From NCBI GenBank assembly GCA_964596135.1, contig CAZQTF010000001.1:1-53983 (forward strand): DNA of 53,983 nt, read 5' to 3'. This document shows, piece after piece, positions 37,241 to 47,516 of this stretch. Position 1 is the first letter of the stretch. Every line of letters begins with the position of its first letter. The DNA is from an uncultured Saprospiraceae bacterium (GTDB lineage: Bacteria > Bacteroidota > Bacteroidia > Chitinophagales > Saprospiraceae). The translations under genes and the position numbers were made by a program. A model generated the notes under the pieces. That model made no database searches, had not been told where the DNA came from, and worked only from the letters and a program-made list of their open reading frames with translations.

Positions 37241-37248
37241 CTTTGTAC

Positions 37249-38241
37249 ATGGCAAAATCAACTTTAAACAATTTTAGACTGGGAATTTTTGTCCTGGCAG
37301 GGCTGCTTTTCCTCATCGTTATGCTGTACATGATCGGCAAAGATAGTAATATGTTCAGCTCCAATTTTCAACTGCGCACCCACTTCCAGGATGTAAAAGG
37401 ATTGCAACCAGGCAACAACGTTCTGTTTGCCGGTAAACAGATCGGCACGGTCAAAAGTGTGGAAATATTGAATGACACTACAATTGAAGTCCTGTTTTAT
37501 ATTGAAACCAAAAACCGGGAATTTCTGCGAAAAAATTCGCTAACGTCTATCGGGTCTGATGGTTTGGTCGGTAACCGGGTGCTGAACATCGTGCCTGGAG
37601 CGACCCCCGGCGAGCCGGTGCAGGAAGATGATATTTTGCCTGCCCGCGAAATGCCCGATACCGATGAAATGCTCAAAACATTATACTCCACAAATAATAA
37701 TATTGCAGTTATTTCCGAGGAACTTAAAAAAACGGTGCTGCGCATTAATGAAAGTAAAGAATTGTGGGAATTGCTGGAAGAAAGCGACATTGCTGAAAAT
37801 CTGCAAACCTCACTGAATAATGTACGTCTGGCGTCCGCAGAAGCAGTAACAACGGTAAATGATCTGCACTCAGTCATCGAAGATGTAAAAAAAGGTAAAG
37901 GCTCCGTTGGTTCCTTACTCGTAGATACCACCTTTTCCGCCAGCCTCAACGAAGCGGTTACCACCATTCAGGCAGCCGGTGACAATGCCAATCGCCTGGT
38001 AAGCGAATTGAATCAAACGACCCGAGACATTCGCAATATGATTGATGCGGGGCAAGGTCCTGTGCAGGCGCTATTGCGGGATACCGTTATGACCGAACGT
38101 ATTCATAACAGCCTGATTAACATTGAAAAAAGCACCGCTGCTTTTAATGAAAATATGGAGGCATTGCGGCATAATTTTCTTTTCCGGGGATATTTTAAAA
38201 AGCAGGAAAAAGAAGCAAAAAAAGCACGAAATAAGGAATAA
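37249..38241 (+). CDS. mlaD: MlaD/MCE-domain protein
   Basis: The track starts at TTG 37243, and ATG 37249 is more likely. It has an N-terminal TM helix, an MCE fold region (VKGLQPGNNVLFAGKQIGTVKSVEI) and a helical C-terminus. Confidence 0.8.
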   Translation: MAKSTLNNFRLGIFVLAGLLFLIVMLYMIGKDSNMFSSNFQLRTHFQDVKGLQPGNNVLFAGKQIGTVKSVEILNDTTIEVLFYIETKNREFLRKNSLTSIGSDGLVGNRVLNIVPGATPGEPVQEDDILPAREMPDTDEMLKTLYSTNNNIAVISEELKKTVLRINESKELWELLEESDIAENLQTSLNNVRLASAEAVTTVNDLHSVIEDVKKGKGSVGSLLVDTTFSASLNEAVTTIQAAGDNANRLVSELNQTTRDIRNMIDAGQGPVQALLRDTVMTERIHNSLINIEKSTAAFNENMEALRHNFLFRGYFKKQEKEAKKARNKE

Positions 38242-38266
38242 CCTTTTTCCAATGATTCACCTCCGG

Positions 38267-38950
38267 TTACCGAAGCATGATCTGGAGAGCACGGCGTAGT
38301 ACATGTTGCTCGAGGCGCTGGCGTATAGTTTCACGTTCTTCGGGCGTCTTTGCAGCGAGCAGTCGCTGCGCATGTTTCCAAACTTCCTGGCGCCAGCCAG
38401 AAATGAGGCGTGAAAGCATCCATTCATCCACACGCCCCAGAAGGGAATCAATGATTTGCAGCCGAGGGTCTTGACGTTCGATGATTGTGTCCTGCACCAA
38501 ATCAATGGTTTCAGCAATGATAGTATTTACCCGGCAGTGATCTTCAAACTTTTCCTGCTTTTGCTGATCGGATAAAAACAACCACTCTCCGTGCAATACA
38601 TCATAAAGCGTCAGTGCCAAGTCATAATTAATATGTACATTAATGCCCAGTAATAAGTATTGTAAAATATGTAATTGTTGTGTTGTTGTAACCGTATGCG
38701 TTTCCCGCCAGACTTCCGGCGTTTGATGGTGCTGTAATTCAAATAGTTCAAGTGCATCAAAATAATAATCGGCAAAACGTCGGAGTAATATTTCCACCCA
38801 ACGGCCGTCGAGAAAACGTTGTTGTTCGATAGCATTCATCATGTTTTCGGACATCAGTGCGTAGCACCGCAGGAAATTACACCGTTGATCATCTGTACGT
38901 TCCCAGGCATCTGCCTGGGCGTGCATGCGCTGTAGCAATGGAACCGGCAT
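38267..38950 (-). CDS. DUF5995 family protein
   Basis: The track ORF 38267..39028 begins with TTG, and the first ATG is at 38950 (MPVPLLQRMHAQ). The motifs LLRRFADYYFDAL and LLGINVHINYDLALTL resemble DUF5995. Confidence 0.5.
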   Translation of the reverse strand: MPVPLLQRMHAQADAWERTDDQRCNFLRCYALMSENMMNAIEQQRFLDGRWVEILLRRFADYYFDALELFELQHHQTPEVWRETHTVTTTQQLHILQYLLLGINVHINYDLALTLYDVLHGEWLFLSDQQKQEKFEDHCRVNTIIAETIDLVQDTIIERQDPRLQIIDSLLGRVDEWMLSRLISGWRQEVWKHAQRLLAAKTPEERETIRQRLEQHVLRRALQIMLR

Positions 38951-38996
38951 GTGAATAAGGTGCTTGTGCGTTTTTATATATATAATTTTAATAATA

Positions 38997-40217
38997 TTAT
39001 CCCAGTTGAATCCGTGCCACGGAGACAATTCTTAACAATGCCTGCTTGACCACTTCTGTTTCCGGGTGTCGAATAATGATATACCCTTCGCCTTCGTAGC
39101 TGGGCAATGCTTCCTGCCCTATCTGCGGCAATTTTACATCCGTCACTAAATGCCCCAATTCTTTATCCAACACATCCAGCCCGTGAATGGCAACCACTCT
39201 GCCCTGCCCCTGCCCGCGCAGATAAGCCGCACCAACGGCGTATTTGCGTTCTGGCGGATCGAATTTGCCAAAGACCATCAACCGCGCCCAAGCATCCAAT
39301 GCGTCAAAATCATTTGCTCTGGAAATCAACGTTGGAAATTGCGCTCCCGGAGGGCGTGCCGCCACTTCAGAAACAACGATGCTTCCGTCCTTACGGCGGA
39401 ACCATTCCAAATGGCTGAAGCCGGTTTGCATTCCCAGTACATTGAGCGTTTGAAAAGCATACCGGCGAACATCATCGTATTCAGGCGAGTCCACTTCTCT
39501 GGGCAATACCACCTGCCATTGTATCCAGGGTTCTTGCATAACTTCCAGCGGATTGGGATAGTAATGCGTCAAAGAGTGGAAAACATGTTGCCCGTTTAAA
39601 GAAAATGTATCGAAGGAATGTTCAGAACCAACAACAAATTCTTCCAGCAAAATCTGATGTCCGGAGCTTACGTCCAATAGCTTCAGTGCTTGCTCCAGCG
39701 TCACGGCGCTCCTCACCTTGTAAGTAGCCTGCGAACCTGCACCATCAGGTGGCTTGACGATCAGCGGAAACCCAACTTCCTGCGCAAAGATCCTCGCCTC
39801 TGCTATACTGCTCGCCAGTTTGTGCCGGGCACAGGGAATCTGAGCTGCACGCAATAGATTTTTCATCCGCGCTTTATCCCGGAAATTTATTGCCGTTTCT
39901 TCGTTCATTCCCTCTATTCCTAAACGCTCCCGCACACACGCGATGGGCACCTGCAGTTGCTCCACCGCTCCGATCATTCGATGAATTTTACCAAACTTCT
40001 CTGACAGTAATTGGGCGACAGAAGTCAAAGCCTCTGGATCGTAAACGCTGTGCAACTGCTGAAAAGCAGCCAACTGTCGCTGCAAATCGCCGGGCATCAA
40101 CTGTACGGGCTCCTCCGAAAGCAAACCCAGTGAAACTTCAGGCAGCCCCGCAAATGCCCGTAGAAAGCGTACAGCATTTTCGGTGAAATTCGGTGCAACG
40201 AATAGGACGAACGACAT
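38997..40217 (-). CDS. ATP-grasp domain protein (amino-acid/carboxylate-amine ligase-like)
   Basis: 406 aa with ATP-grasp segments FPLIVKPPDGAGSQATYKV, ILLEEFVVGSEHSFD and FSHLEWFRRKDGSIVVSEVAARPPG. Confidence 0.75.
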   Translation of the reverse strand: MSFVLFVAPNFTENAVRFLRAFAGLPEVSLGLLSEEPVQLMPGDLQRQLAAFQQLHSVYDPEALTSVAQLLSEKFGKIHRMIGAVEQLQVPIACVRERLGIEGMNEETAINFRDKARMKNLLRAAQIPCARHKLASSIAEARIFAQEVGFPLIVKPPDGAGSQATYKVRSAVTLEQALKLLDVSSGHQILLEEFVVGSEHSFDTFSLNGQHVFHSLTHYYPNPLEVMQEPWIQWQVVLPREVDSPEYDDVRRYAFQTLNVLGMQTGFSHLEWFRRKDGSIVVSEVAARPPGAQFPTLISRANDFDALDAWARLMVFGKFDPPERKYAVGAAYLRGQGQGRVVAIHGLDVLDKELGHLVTDVKLPQIGQEALPSYEGEGYIIIRHPETEVVKQALLRIVSVARIQLG

Positions 40218-40453
40218 TTTTCTTTTATCAATGTTGAAAACCTGCTGAATAGAATTTTAAAGATAAAAATCTGCAAGCACATTTAACATCCGAAAAGCAA
40301 ATATTTTACGATTTCCAACCCTGCTCGCCAGTACAATTGACAAAAGTCACAGCGCCAAGTGACCCAAATCACCGGCTTAGTGTGAAAAAGCACCTAACTC
40401 TGTACTGTTTTTGTATCGATCAGAATTGTATTTCTACCATAAATTTTTAAACT

Positions 40454-43207
40454 ATGACAAAAGAAGTTGCAATTGCCACAAAGTACGTGTACAGCTTCGG
40501 CGGCGGTGAGGCTGATGGAAATGAATCCATGAAAAATCTGCTGGGCGGTAAAGGCGCCAACCTTGCTGAAATGGCGGGGCACCCCGATCTGATGTTGCCC
40601 GTGCCGCCGGGTTTTACAGTGACCACTCAGGTATGTACCCATTACTATGATAATGATCATCGTTATCCGGAGAGCCTCGAAAAAGAAGTGCTCGCTGCCT
40701 TGGCAAAAGTGGAAAACCTCATGGGCAGAAAGTTCGGAGATGTAAACAATCCTCTGCTGCTATCCGTGCGCTCCGGGGCACGTCGTTCTATGCCAGGTAT
40801 GATGGACACGGTGCTGAATATCGGGCTAAATGATCAAACAATCAAAGGTTTGATTCAACAAAGTGATAATGAGCGCTTTGCTTATGACTCCTATCGCCGT
40901 TTGATTATGATGTACGCTGATGTAGTGATGGAAAAAGCGGCAGGCATTGAACCGAAAAACGGCAAAGGCATCCGTAAAATACTGGATGAAAAGCTGGAAG
41001 CAGTTAAACATAAAAATGGTTACACCAGTGATACCGATCTTGCGATAGATGACCTGAAAAAGCTTGTGGCGGTTTTCAAAGAAACCGTCGAAAAAACATT
41101 GGGCAAAGCATTCCCCGAAGATCCCATGGAACAACTCTGGGGCGGCATCAGCGCGGTTTTTGCCAGTTGGAACGGTAAGCGCGCGGTAGAGTATCGCCGC
41201 ATCGAAAAAATACCGGATGACTGGGGTACCGCTGTGAATGTCCAGGCAATGGTCTTTGGCAATATGGGCGACGATAGCGCCACGGGAGTAGCCTTTACAC
41301 GCAACCCTGGCAACGGGGAAAATTATTTCTATGGCGAATATCTTGTGAATGCACAAGGCGAAGACGTAGTAGCAGGTATTCGCACGCCGGCGCCGATCAA
41401 CAATTATTCCAAAAACACACAAAGTCAGCATTTGCCAACACTGGAATCGCTGATGCCGGATTTGTATAAGGAATTGGATCAGTATCAAAAGCGACTCGAG
41501 CAGCACTATAAAGACATGCAGGACATTGAGTTTACTATTGAAAAAGGCAAACTCTACATGCTACAATGCCGCGTAGGCAAGCGAAACGGCGTAGCTGCGG
41601 TACGCATGGCAACAGACATGTACAAAGAAGGCTTGATCGATCGGGAAACGGCAATTATGCGTGTGGCGCCAAATCAATTGGTTGAGCTTCTGCTACCAAT
41701 GTTGGATATGAAAGCCGAACAAATTGTTACTCCCATTGCCAAAGGGTTGCCGGCGGGTACAGGCGGCGCCAAAGGTCGCGTAGTATTTAGTTCGGAAGCT
41801 GCCGTCGAATGGGCAAATCGTGGCGAACGGGTCATCCTCGTGCGCGAAGAAACTTCCCCGGAAGACGTGGACGGCATGTATATGTCTCAAGCCATTCTCA
41901 CCAGCAAAGGCGGTATGACTTCCCACGCAGCGCTCGTCGCACGCGGTTGGGGCAAGTGTTGCATCGTGGGTTGCAGCGATATTGAAATCGGTACTGACCA
42001 CAAATCATTTAAAGCCAAAAACGGCGCAACCATTCACGAAGGCGACTGGATCAGCCTGAATGGCACGAAAGGCTTGGTGTACGAAGGCAGCCTACCGCTG
42101 GTGGACGTTGACCTCGATGACAACAAAGCCTATAAAGAACTTATGAAGCTCGTGGATGAAGTGAAAGTCATCAAGGTTCGCACCAACGCCGACACGCCCA
42201 AGGATGCCGCCCAGGCGCTGCGCTTTGGAGCTGAAGGCATAGGTTTGTTCCGCACCGAACACATGTTTTACGGCGAAAACAGTGAAGAACCTTTATTCCT
42301 GCTGCGTAAAATGATCGTGAGCAAAAATGAAGCCGAACGCCGACAGGCATTGGATGATCTTTTTGTTTATGTTAAAAAAGATATTAAAGAAACTTTGAGC
42401 ATTATGGATGGCTATCCGGTAACCATCCGTTTGCTCGATCCGCCACTGCACGAATTTGTACCCCACGATAAAGCAAAATTACAACTACTGAGTAAAGAAC
42501 TTGGTATCAGCCTGAACGTCCTGAAGAAACGAGTTCTTGCCTTACACGAAAACAACCCGATGCTGGGTCACCGTGGTGTACGTCTTGGTATCAGCTATCC
42601 TGAAATTACGGAAATGCAGATTCGCGCTATTCTTGAAGCCACTTGCGAGCTGACCGAAGCAGGCAAAAAAGTTTTCCCGGAAATTATGATTCCGGTAACC
42701 TGTACGGTAAACGAACTCAAGCACCAACGCGCTATCGTGGATCGTGTATATGCCGAAGTTTGCCAAAAAGCCTGCAAAACCAAGATTGATTTTGCATTCG
42801 GTACGATGATCGAAATTCCGCGAGCCGCCCTCAAAGCTAATCATATGGCAATCGAAGCCGAATTCTTTAGCTTTGGCACCAATGACCTTACGCAGATGAG
42901 TTTTGGCTTTAGCCGAGACGACATCGGCGGCTTCCTGCCAAACTATCTGGATCATAAAATCTTAAGAGCCGATCCATTCCAAACCCTCGATCAGGATGGC
43001 GTAGGCGAATTAATCCGCATCGGCATCGAGCGCGGGCGCAGCACTCGCCCCAATCTGAAGGTGGGTATCTGTGGCGAGCATGGTGGCGACCCAGATAGCG
43101 TCAAATTCTGTCATAAGCTTGGCATGGACTATGTCAGTTGTTCCCCCTTCCGCGTCCCTATAGCGCGATTAGCAGGCGCTCAAGCTGCTATTGAAAATAA
43201 GCAATAG
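40454..43207 (+). CDS. ppdK: pyruvate, phosphate dikinase
   Basis: 917 aa with the phosphohistidine motif GGMTSHAALVARGWG and the PEP-utilizer C-terminus FSFGTNDLTQM / ICGEHGGDP. Confidence 0.95.
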   Translation: MTKEVAIATKYVYSFGGGEADGNESMKNLLGGKGANLAEMAGHPDLMLPVPPGFTVTTQVCTHYYDNDHRYPESLEKEVLAALAKVENLMGRKFGDVNNPLLLSVRSGARRSMPGMMDTVLNIGLNDQTIKGLIQQSDNERFAYDSYRRLIMMYADVVMEKAAGIEPKNGKGIRKILDEKLEAVKHKNGYTSDTDLAIDDLKKLVAVFKETVEKTLGKAFPEDPMEQLWGGISAVFASWNGKRAVEYRRIEKIPDDWGTAVNVQAMVFGNMGDDSATGVAFTRNPGNGENYFYGEYLVNAQGEDVVAGIRTPAPINNYSKNTQSQHLPTLESLMPDLYKELDQYQKRLEQHYKDMQDIEFTIEKGKLYMLQCRVGKRNGVAAVRMATDMYKEGLIDRETAIMRVAPNQLVELLLPMLDMKAEQIVTPIAKGLPAGTGGAKGRVVFSSEAAVEWANRGERVILVREETSPEDVDGMYMSQAILTSKGGMTSHAALVARGWGKCCIVGCSDIEIGTDHKSFKAKNGATIHEGDWISLNGTKGLVYEGSLPLVDVDLDDNKAYKELMKLVDEVKVIKVRTNADTPKDAAQALRFGAEGIGLFRTEHMFYGENSEEPLFLLRKMIVSKNEAERRQALDDLFVYVKKDIKETLSIMDGYPVTIRLLDPPLHEFVPHDKAKLQLLSKELGISLNVLKKRVLALHENNPMLGHRGVRLGISYPEITEMQIRAILEATCELTEAGKKVFPEIMIPVTCTVNELKHQRAIVDRVYAEVCQKACKTKIDFAFGTMIEIPRAALKANHMAIEAEFFSFGTNDLTQMSFGFSRDDIGGFLPNYLDHKILRADPFQTLDQDGVGELIRIGIERGRSTRPNLKVGICGEHGGDPDSVKFCHKLGMDYVSCSPFRVPIARLAGAQAAIENKQ

Positions 43208-43241
43208 GTGGAATGGAAATACTTTATGCTTATGCAACACA

Positions 43242-43273
43242 GCCCCGGGCAAAATGTCCGGGGCGCTTTTTTT
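43242..43273 (+). terminator. Rho-independent terminator after ppdK
   Basis: gccccgg (43242-43248) pairs with ccggggc (43258-43264) and is followed by gc + ttttttt. Confidence 0.6.
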
Positions 43274-43328
43274 AATATTTCCACAAGCTATCAAAAAATC
43301 GAAAAAAGAGTAACGCAAAGCCAATCAT

Positions 43329-44471
43329 TCAAGACACAGCAACCGTTTCCGGCATGATTGCTTTTAGTTTATCTATCACAAAGTCCACTTCCGCTTTGGT
43401 GTTCAAATGCGAAAAAGAGAAACGAATGGTAGTGAAATCAGAATCTTTGTCCAACGCCGCGATCACATGTGAGCCGACATTGGAGCCGGAGCTGCACGCG
43501 CTGCCCCCGGAAACACTGATACCCGCAATGTCCAGATTAAACAGCAGCATATCCGACTTCGGCGATGGCGGAAAGGAAACGCTGAGCACTTTGTAATGTC
43601 CTTTGTCAGGGTCGCCGTTGATTTTGATACCTTCAAAATTCTTTTCCAGTTGTGCGCGCAGGTAATCACGCACTTCCATTGTGTGCGCCTGCCATTGCTG
43701 CATGTTGTCGCATGCCAATTCCAGGGCTTTCGCCAACCCGATGATGCCGTAAATATTCTCCGTGCCGCTGCGCATATTGCGTTCTTGAGCGCCACCGTCA
43801 ATGTAAGGTTTGATGATGTTATCGCCGTTGATATAAATAAAGCCAATCCCTTTCGGACCATAAAATTTGTGCGCTGATCCTGCCAAAAAGCTGATCTTGG
43901 TTTTGGAAATATCTATGGGGAAATAGCCTATCGTCTGCACCGTATCCGAATGAAACAAGGCATTATGTTGCACACAAAGCGCCGACACTTCCTCCAGATC
44001 AATCATCACCCCAATTTCATTGTTGGAATGCATCAGCGACACCATCGTTTTTTGATCGCTTTGCTGCAGCAGCATTTCCAGATGCGCTAAATCGGGCTTG
44101 CCACTTGGCTTTAGATTAACAAAAACAACTTCGACATTATGGCTGTGTTCCAGGCTTTCCAGCGAATGCAACACGCAATGATGCTCGATCGGTGAACTGA
44201 TAATGCGACGCACGCCCAGATCGCGCACGGCGCACTTGAGCGCCATGTTATTCGACTCCGTGCCACCCGAGGTGAAAAAGATTTCTCCGATAGACGCGCC
44301 GAGGTAGCCGGCGACTTGTTTGCGCGCCTTTTCTATTGCTACACGAGCTTTGCGCCCTTCTGTGTGGATGGAAGAAGGATTGCCATTGTTGTGTCGCATT
44401 ACATCCAGCATTGCTTCGATCACTTCTTCGTGCATTGGCGTCGTTGCCGCATTGTCAAAAAATACTCTCAT
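43329..44471 (-). CDS. cysteine desulfurase (NifS/IscS-type, class V aminotransferase)
   Basis: The track starts at TTG 44477, and ATG 44471 gives the typical MRVFFDNAATTPM. The PLP lysine is in GSAHKFYGPKG and the active-site Cys in SGGSACSSGS. Confidence 0.85.
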   Translation of the reverse strand: MRVFFDNAATTPMHEEVIEAMLDVMRHNNGNPSSIHTEGRKARVAIEKARKQVAGYLGASIGEIFFTSGGTESNNMALKCAVRDLGVRRIISSPIEHHCVLHSLESLEHSHNVEVVFVNLKPSGKPDLAHLEMLLQQSDQKTMVSLMHSNNEIGVMIDLEEVSALCVQHNALFHSDTVQTIGYFPIDISKTKISFLAGSAHKFYGPKGIGFIYINGDNIIKPYIDGGAQERNMRSGTENIYGIIGLAKALELACDNMQQWQAHTMEVRDYLRAQLEKNFEGIKINGDPDKGHYKVLSVSFPPSPKSDMLLFNLDIAGISVSGGSACSSGSNVGSHVIAALDKDSDFTTIRFSFSHLNTKAEVDFVIDKLKAIMPETVAVS

Positions 44472-44477
44472 GGACAA

Positions 44478-45980
44478 TCAGGACAATTTTTTGGTAAACC
44501 ACTCTTGCACCATTTCGGTTGCAATTTCGTATTTGTGTACAAATTCGTTGGTGCGGCGACTGTAAATATAATCATTGCCCCATTCCTCGAAATTGTGATA
44601 AACCGCTTCCACCGCATCCAGAATAAAATTCAGTTCCGCATCGGTCATCGTTGGGTGAACGGACATTCGAATCCAACCGGGTTTGTGCGACAAATTGCCG
44701 TGACTGATCTCGTCGGTGATCATTTTGGAATAGCCTGGCGAAACTTCCAGCAGGTAATGCCCATAAGTGCCCGCGCAGGAACAGCCGCCCCGCATTTGCA
44801 CGCCGAAGCGATCGTTGAGTAATTTCACCGCTAAATTATAATGCAAACCTTCGATGTAAAAGGAGATCACACCGAGGCGCTCCCGAAGGTGCCCTGCCAA
44901 AACGTGCAATTTCGGCAAGCGGTCGAACCGTTCCCAAATACGCGCCAGCAATTCTTCCTCCCGGTGCAGCATGTTACCAATGCCCATTTCCATCTTGAGC
45001 TGAAAGCAAAGCGCCACCTGGATCGTTTGTAGAAAAGCAGGGGTGCCGCCATCTTCGCGGGCTTCGATCTCGTCAATGTATTTGTGACCGCCCCAAGGGT
45101 TGGTCCAATCCACAGTGCCACCGCCAGGATTGTCGGGCACGCGGTTGGTGTATAATTTTGGATCAAAAACCAAAATGCCGGTAGTGCCGGGGCCACCCAA
45201 AAACTTGTGGGGCGAAAAATAAATAGCATCCAGATGCTGCAGCGGATTCTCGGGGCGCATGTTGATTTCGATGTAAGGCGCAGAGCAAGCAAAATCTACA
45301 AAACACAAACCACCATGCTGATGCATGATCTCCGCGATCTCGTGGTAGGGCGTGAACAGCCCGGAAACATTGGAACAAGAAGTAATCGCCGCGATTTTCG
45401 TGTGACGATTTTTATACTTTTTGAGTAGTCGGTGCAGGTCATCGAGATCTACCAAACCTTCTGCGGTTGGGCGAATGATCTCCACCTGCGCCAGCGTTTC
45501 CAGCCAGGAGGTCTGATTGGAATGGTGCTCCATATGCGTGACAAACACCACCGGACGTTCCTCTTGTGGCATATCAATCTGAGCACGATGTTTCTCATGT
45601 ACTTTCAATCCCAGAATTCGCTGGAATTTATTGACCACGCCAGTCATGCCCGAATTGGAAGAAATCAAGACGTCTTTAGGTGCCGCACCCAAATGTTGTT
45701 TGATGATCGCCTTCGCTTCGTGATATGCCTGCGTCATAGTGCTGCCCGTCACGGTCGTTTCGGTGTGGGTATTGCCAACATACGGCCCGATCTCATTCAG
45801 CAAGCGCTCCTCAATCGGGCGATACAGCCGACCACTCGCCGTCCAATCAGCATACACAATTTTCTTTGTGCCGTAAGGCGTAACAAACTCCTGATCAATA
45901 CCCACGATATTTCGCCGAAATGGCTCGAAGTAAGCCTCCAATGAACCGGCAGCGGGTTTCGCTTTGGTCAATGCTTCCAT
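44478..45980 (-). CDS. class V-fold PLP-dependent enzyme (about 500 aa, cysteine desulfurase-like)
   Basis: The PLP-lysine context is FSPHKFLGGPG. It also has HMEHHSN and the C-terminal RGGCSCAG. Its stop lies 6 nt before the NifS-like ATG. Confidence 0.7.
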   Translation of the reverse strand: MEALTKAKPAAGSLEAYFEPFRRNIVGIDQEFVTPYGTKKIVYADWTASGRLYRPIEERLLNEIGPYVGNTHTETTVTGSTMTQAYHEAKAIIKQHLGAAPKDVLISSNSGMTGVVNKFQRILGLKVHEKHRAQIDMPQEERPVVFVTHMEHHSNQTSWLETLAQVEIIRPTAEGLVDLDDLHRLLKKYKNRHTKIAAITSCSNVSGLFTPYHEIAEIMHQHGGLCFVDFACSAPYIEINMRPENPLQHLDAIYFSPHKFLGGPGTTGILVFDPKLYTNRVPDNPGGGTVDWTNPWGGHKYIDEIEAREDGGTPAFLQTIQVALCFQLKMEMGIGNMLHREEELLARIWERFDRLPKLHVLAGHLRERLGVISFYIEGLHYNLAVKLLNDRFGVQMRGGCSCAGTYGHYLLEVSPGYSKMITDEISHGNLSHKPGWIRMSVHPTMTDAELNFILDAVEAVYHNFEEWGNDYIYSRRTNEFVHKYEIATEMVQEWFTKKLS

Positions 45981-46004
45981 AGAAAAATTGGAAATTAAAA
46001 CAAA

Positions 46005-47381
46005 TTAAATCAAATTCATGGCATCCGATTTCAATTGCTGCGCCAGCGCCTGGGCCGACTGTTCGGTGCTGCTTTCGGCATACACACGGATGATCGGCTC
46101 CGTATTTGACCTACGCAAATGCACCCAGCCGTCCGGGAAATCAATTTTCAAACCGTCAATCGTGTTGCACTCCTCGTGTCGGTATTTTTCGTACAACGCT
46201 TTGAGCAAGCGCTCCATGTCTACCTCCGGCGTCAGGGCAATTTTATCCTTGATCATCGCATAATTCGGATAGCGTTTCCTTAGTTCTGACATTTGCTCGC
46301 CGGCTTTCGCCAAATGCGACAAAAACAGGGCTATGCCCGCCAGCGCATCCCGCCCGTAGTGCAATTCAGGCACGATCACACCGCCGTTGCCTTCACCGCC
46401 GATCACGGCATTCATGGCTTTCATTTTTTCTACCACATTTACCTCGCCAACTGCCGCCGCAAAATACTCGCCGCCATGCCGACGGGTCACATCGCGCAGC
46501 GCCCGCGAAGAAGATAAATTGGACACGGTGTTGCCTTTTTTGAATTGTAATATATAATCAGCAACCGCCACCAGCGTGTATTCCTCACCAAACATGTCGC
46601 CGTTTTCGCAAACCAACGCCAGCCGATCCACATCGGGATCAACCGCAATGCCCAGATCGGCTTGCTCCCTAACAACCGCCTCCGACAGATCCCTCAGGTG
46701 CTCTGGCAATGGCTCCGGGTTGTGCGCAAAACGCCCTGTGATTTCGCCGTTCAGAAGTATGACTTCGCAATTCAGTTTTGACAATAAAAGCGGCACCGCC
46801 AGCGCTCCGGTCGAATTCACCGCATCTACTACCACCTTAAAACGCTTGTTGCGAATGGTACTTTCATCTACGAGCTGCATATCCAGAATGGCATGCACAT
46901 GCTTTTCCAGGTAATCATCGTCCATCCGGTATGAACCGAGTTTGTCCACACTCGCGTATCGGATCTGTGCGCTACCGAGTAAACCGAGAAACGCCTCGCC
47001 GTCCGCCGCAGAAATGAATTCGCCTTTGCTGTTGAGTAATTTTAGGGCATTCCACTCCATCGGATTGTGACTTGCCGTGAGAATGATGCCTGCACCCGCT
47101 TTTTCCGAGGGCACTGCCATTTCTACGGTTGGCGTAGTGGAATAGCCCAGATCAACTACATCAATGCCCAGGGCAATCAAAGTATTGGTCACCAGGCTGC
47201 TCACCATTTGCCCGGAGATACGCCCGTCGCGCCCAATGACCACTTTAGGGATGTTTCCATTTTGAAGCAGCCACGTGCCGAAGGCGGCAGTACAGCCCAC
47301 AATGTCTGCCGGGGTGAGATTTTCTCCGGCTACCCCGCCCATTGTTCCTCTGATGCCGGAAATAGATTTGATCAGTGCCAA
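46005..47381 (-). CDS. glmM: phosphoglucosamine mutase
   Basis: The phosphoserine loop is TASHNPMEWNALK and the Mg loop is AVDPDVDR. The track start (47429) is TTG and there is no in-frame ATG near the N-terminus. TTG 47381 would give (M)ALIKSISGIRG, the usual family N-terminus. The exact start is uncertain. Confidence 0.85.
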   Translation of the reverse strand: MALIKSISGIRGTMGGVAGENLTPADIVGCTAAFGTWLLQNGNIPKVVIGRDGRISGQMVSSLVTNTLIALGIDVVDLGYSTTPTVEMAVPSEKAGAGIILTASHNPMEWNALKLLNSKGEFISAADGEAFLGLLGSAQIRYASVDKLGSYRMDDDYLEKHVHAILDMQLVDESTIRNKRFKVVVDAVNSTGALAVPLLLSKLNCEVILLNGEITGRFAHNPEPLPEHLRDLSEAVVREQADLGIAVDPDVDRLALVCENGDMFGEEYTLVAVADYILQFKKGNTVSNLSSSRALRDVTRRHGGEYFAAAVGEVNVVEKMKAMNAVIGGEGNGGVIVPELHYGRDALAGIALFLSHLAKAGEQMSELRKRYPNYAMIKDKIALTPEVDMERLLKALYEKYRHEECNTIDGLKIDFPDGWVHLRRSNTEPIIRVYAESSTEQSAQALAQQLKSDAMNLI

Positions 47382-47516
47382 GGTTTTGTTTTTTTGGTTA
47401 AAAGGAATTTTCAAAGGTAAAAATAACAATTTCGCACCGAAACGATAGGTATTCCTGATAAATGATCGGCAGGGTAAACTTTTTCCGAAGTGGTTTAATT
47501 ATATTTGAAGCTTTCA

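Noticed and set aside
38997-39028. An apparent 32-nt overlap between the ATP-grasp and DUF5995 ORFs in the track.
   Set aside because: The overlap depends on a TTG start. The first ATG (38950) gives a sensible N-terminus and a 46-nt AT-rich spacer, so translational coupling is not established.
40218-40453. The 236-bp region between the ATP-grasp gene and ppdK, examined for a riboswitch, an sRNA or a precursor peptide.
   Set aside because: I found only short hairpins (5-6 bp) and ORFs of 10 aa or fewer. The region is most simply a divergent promoter region.
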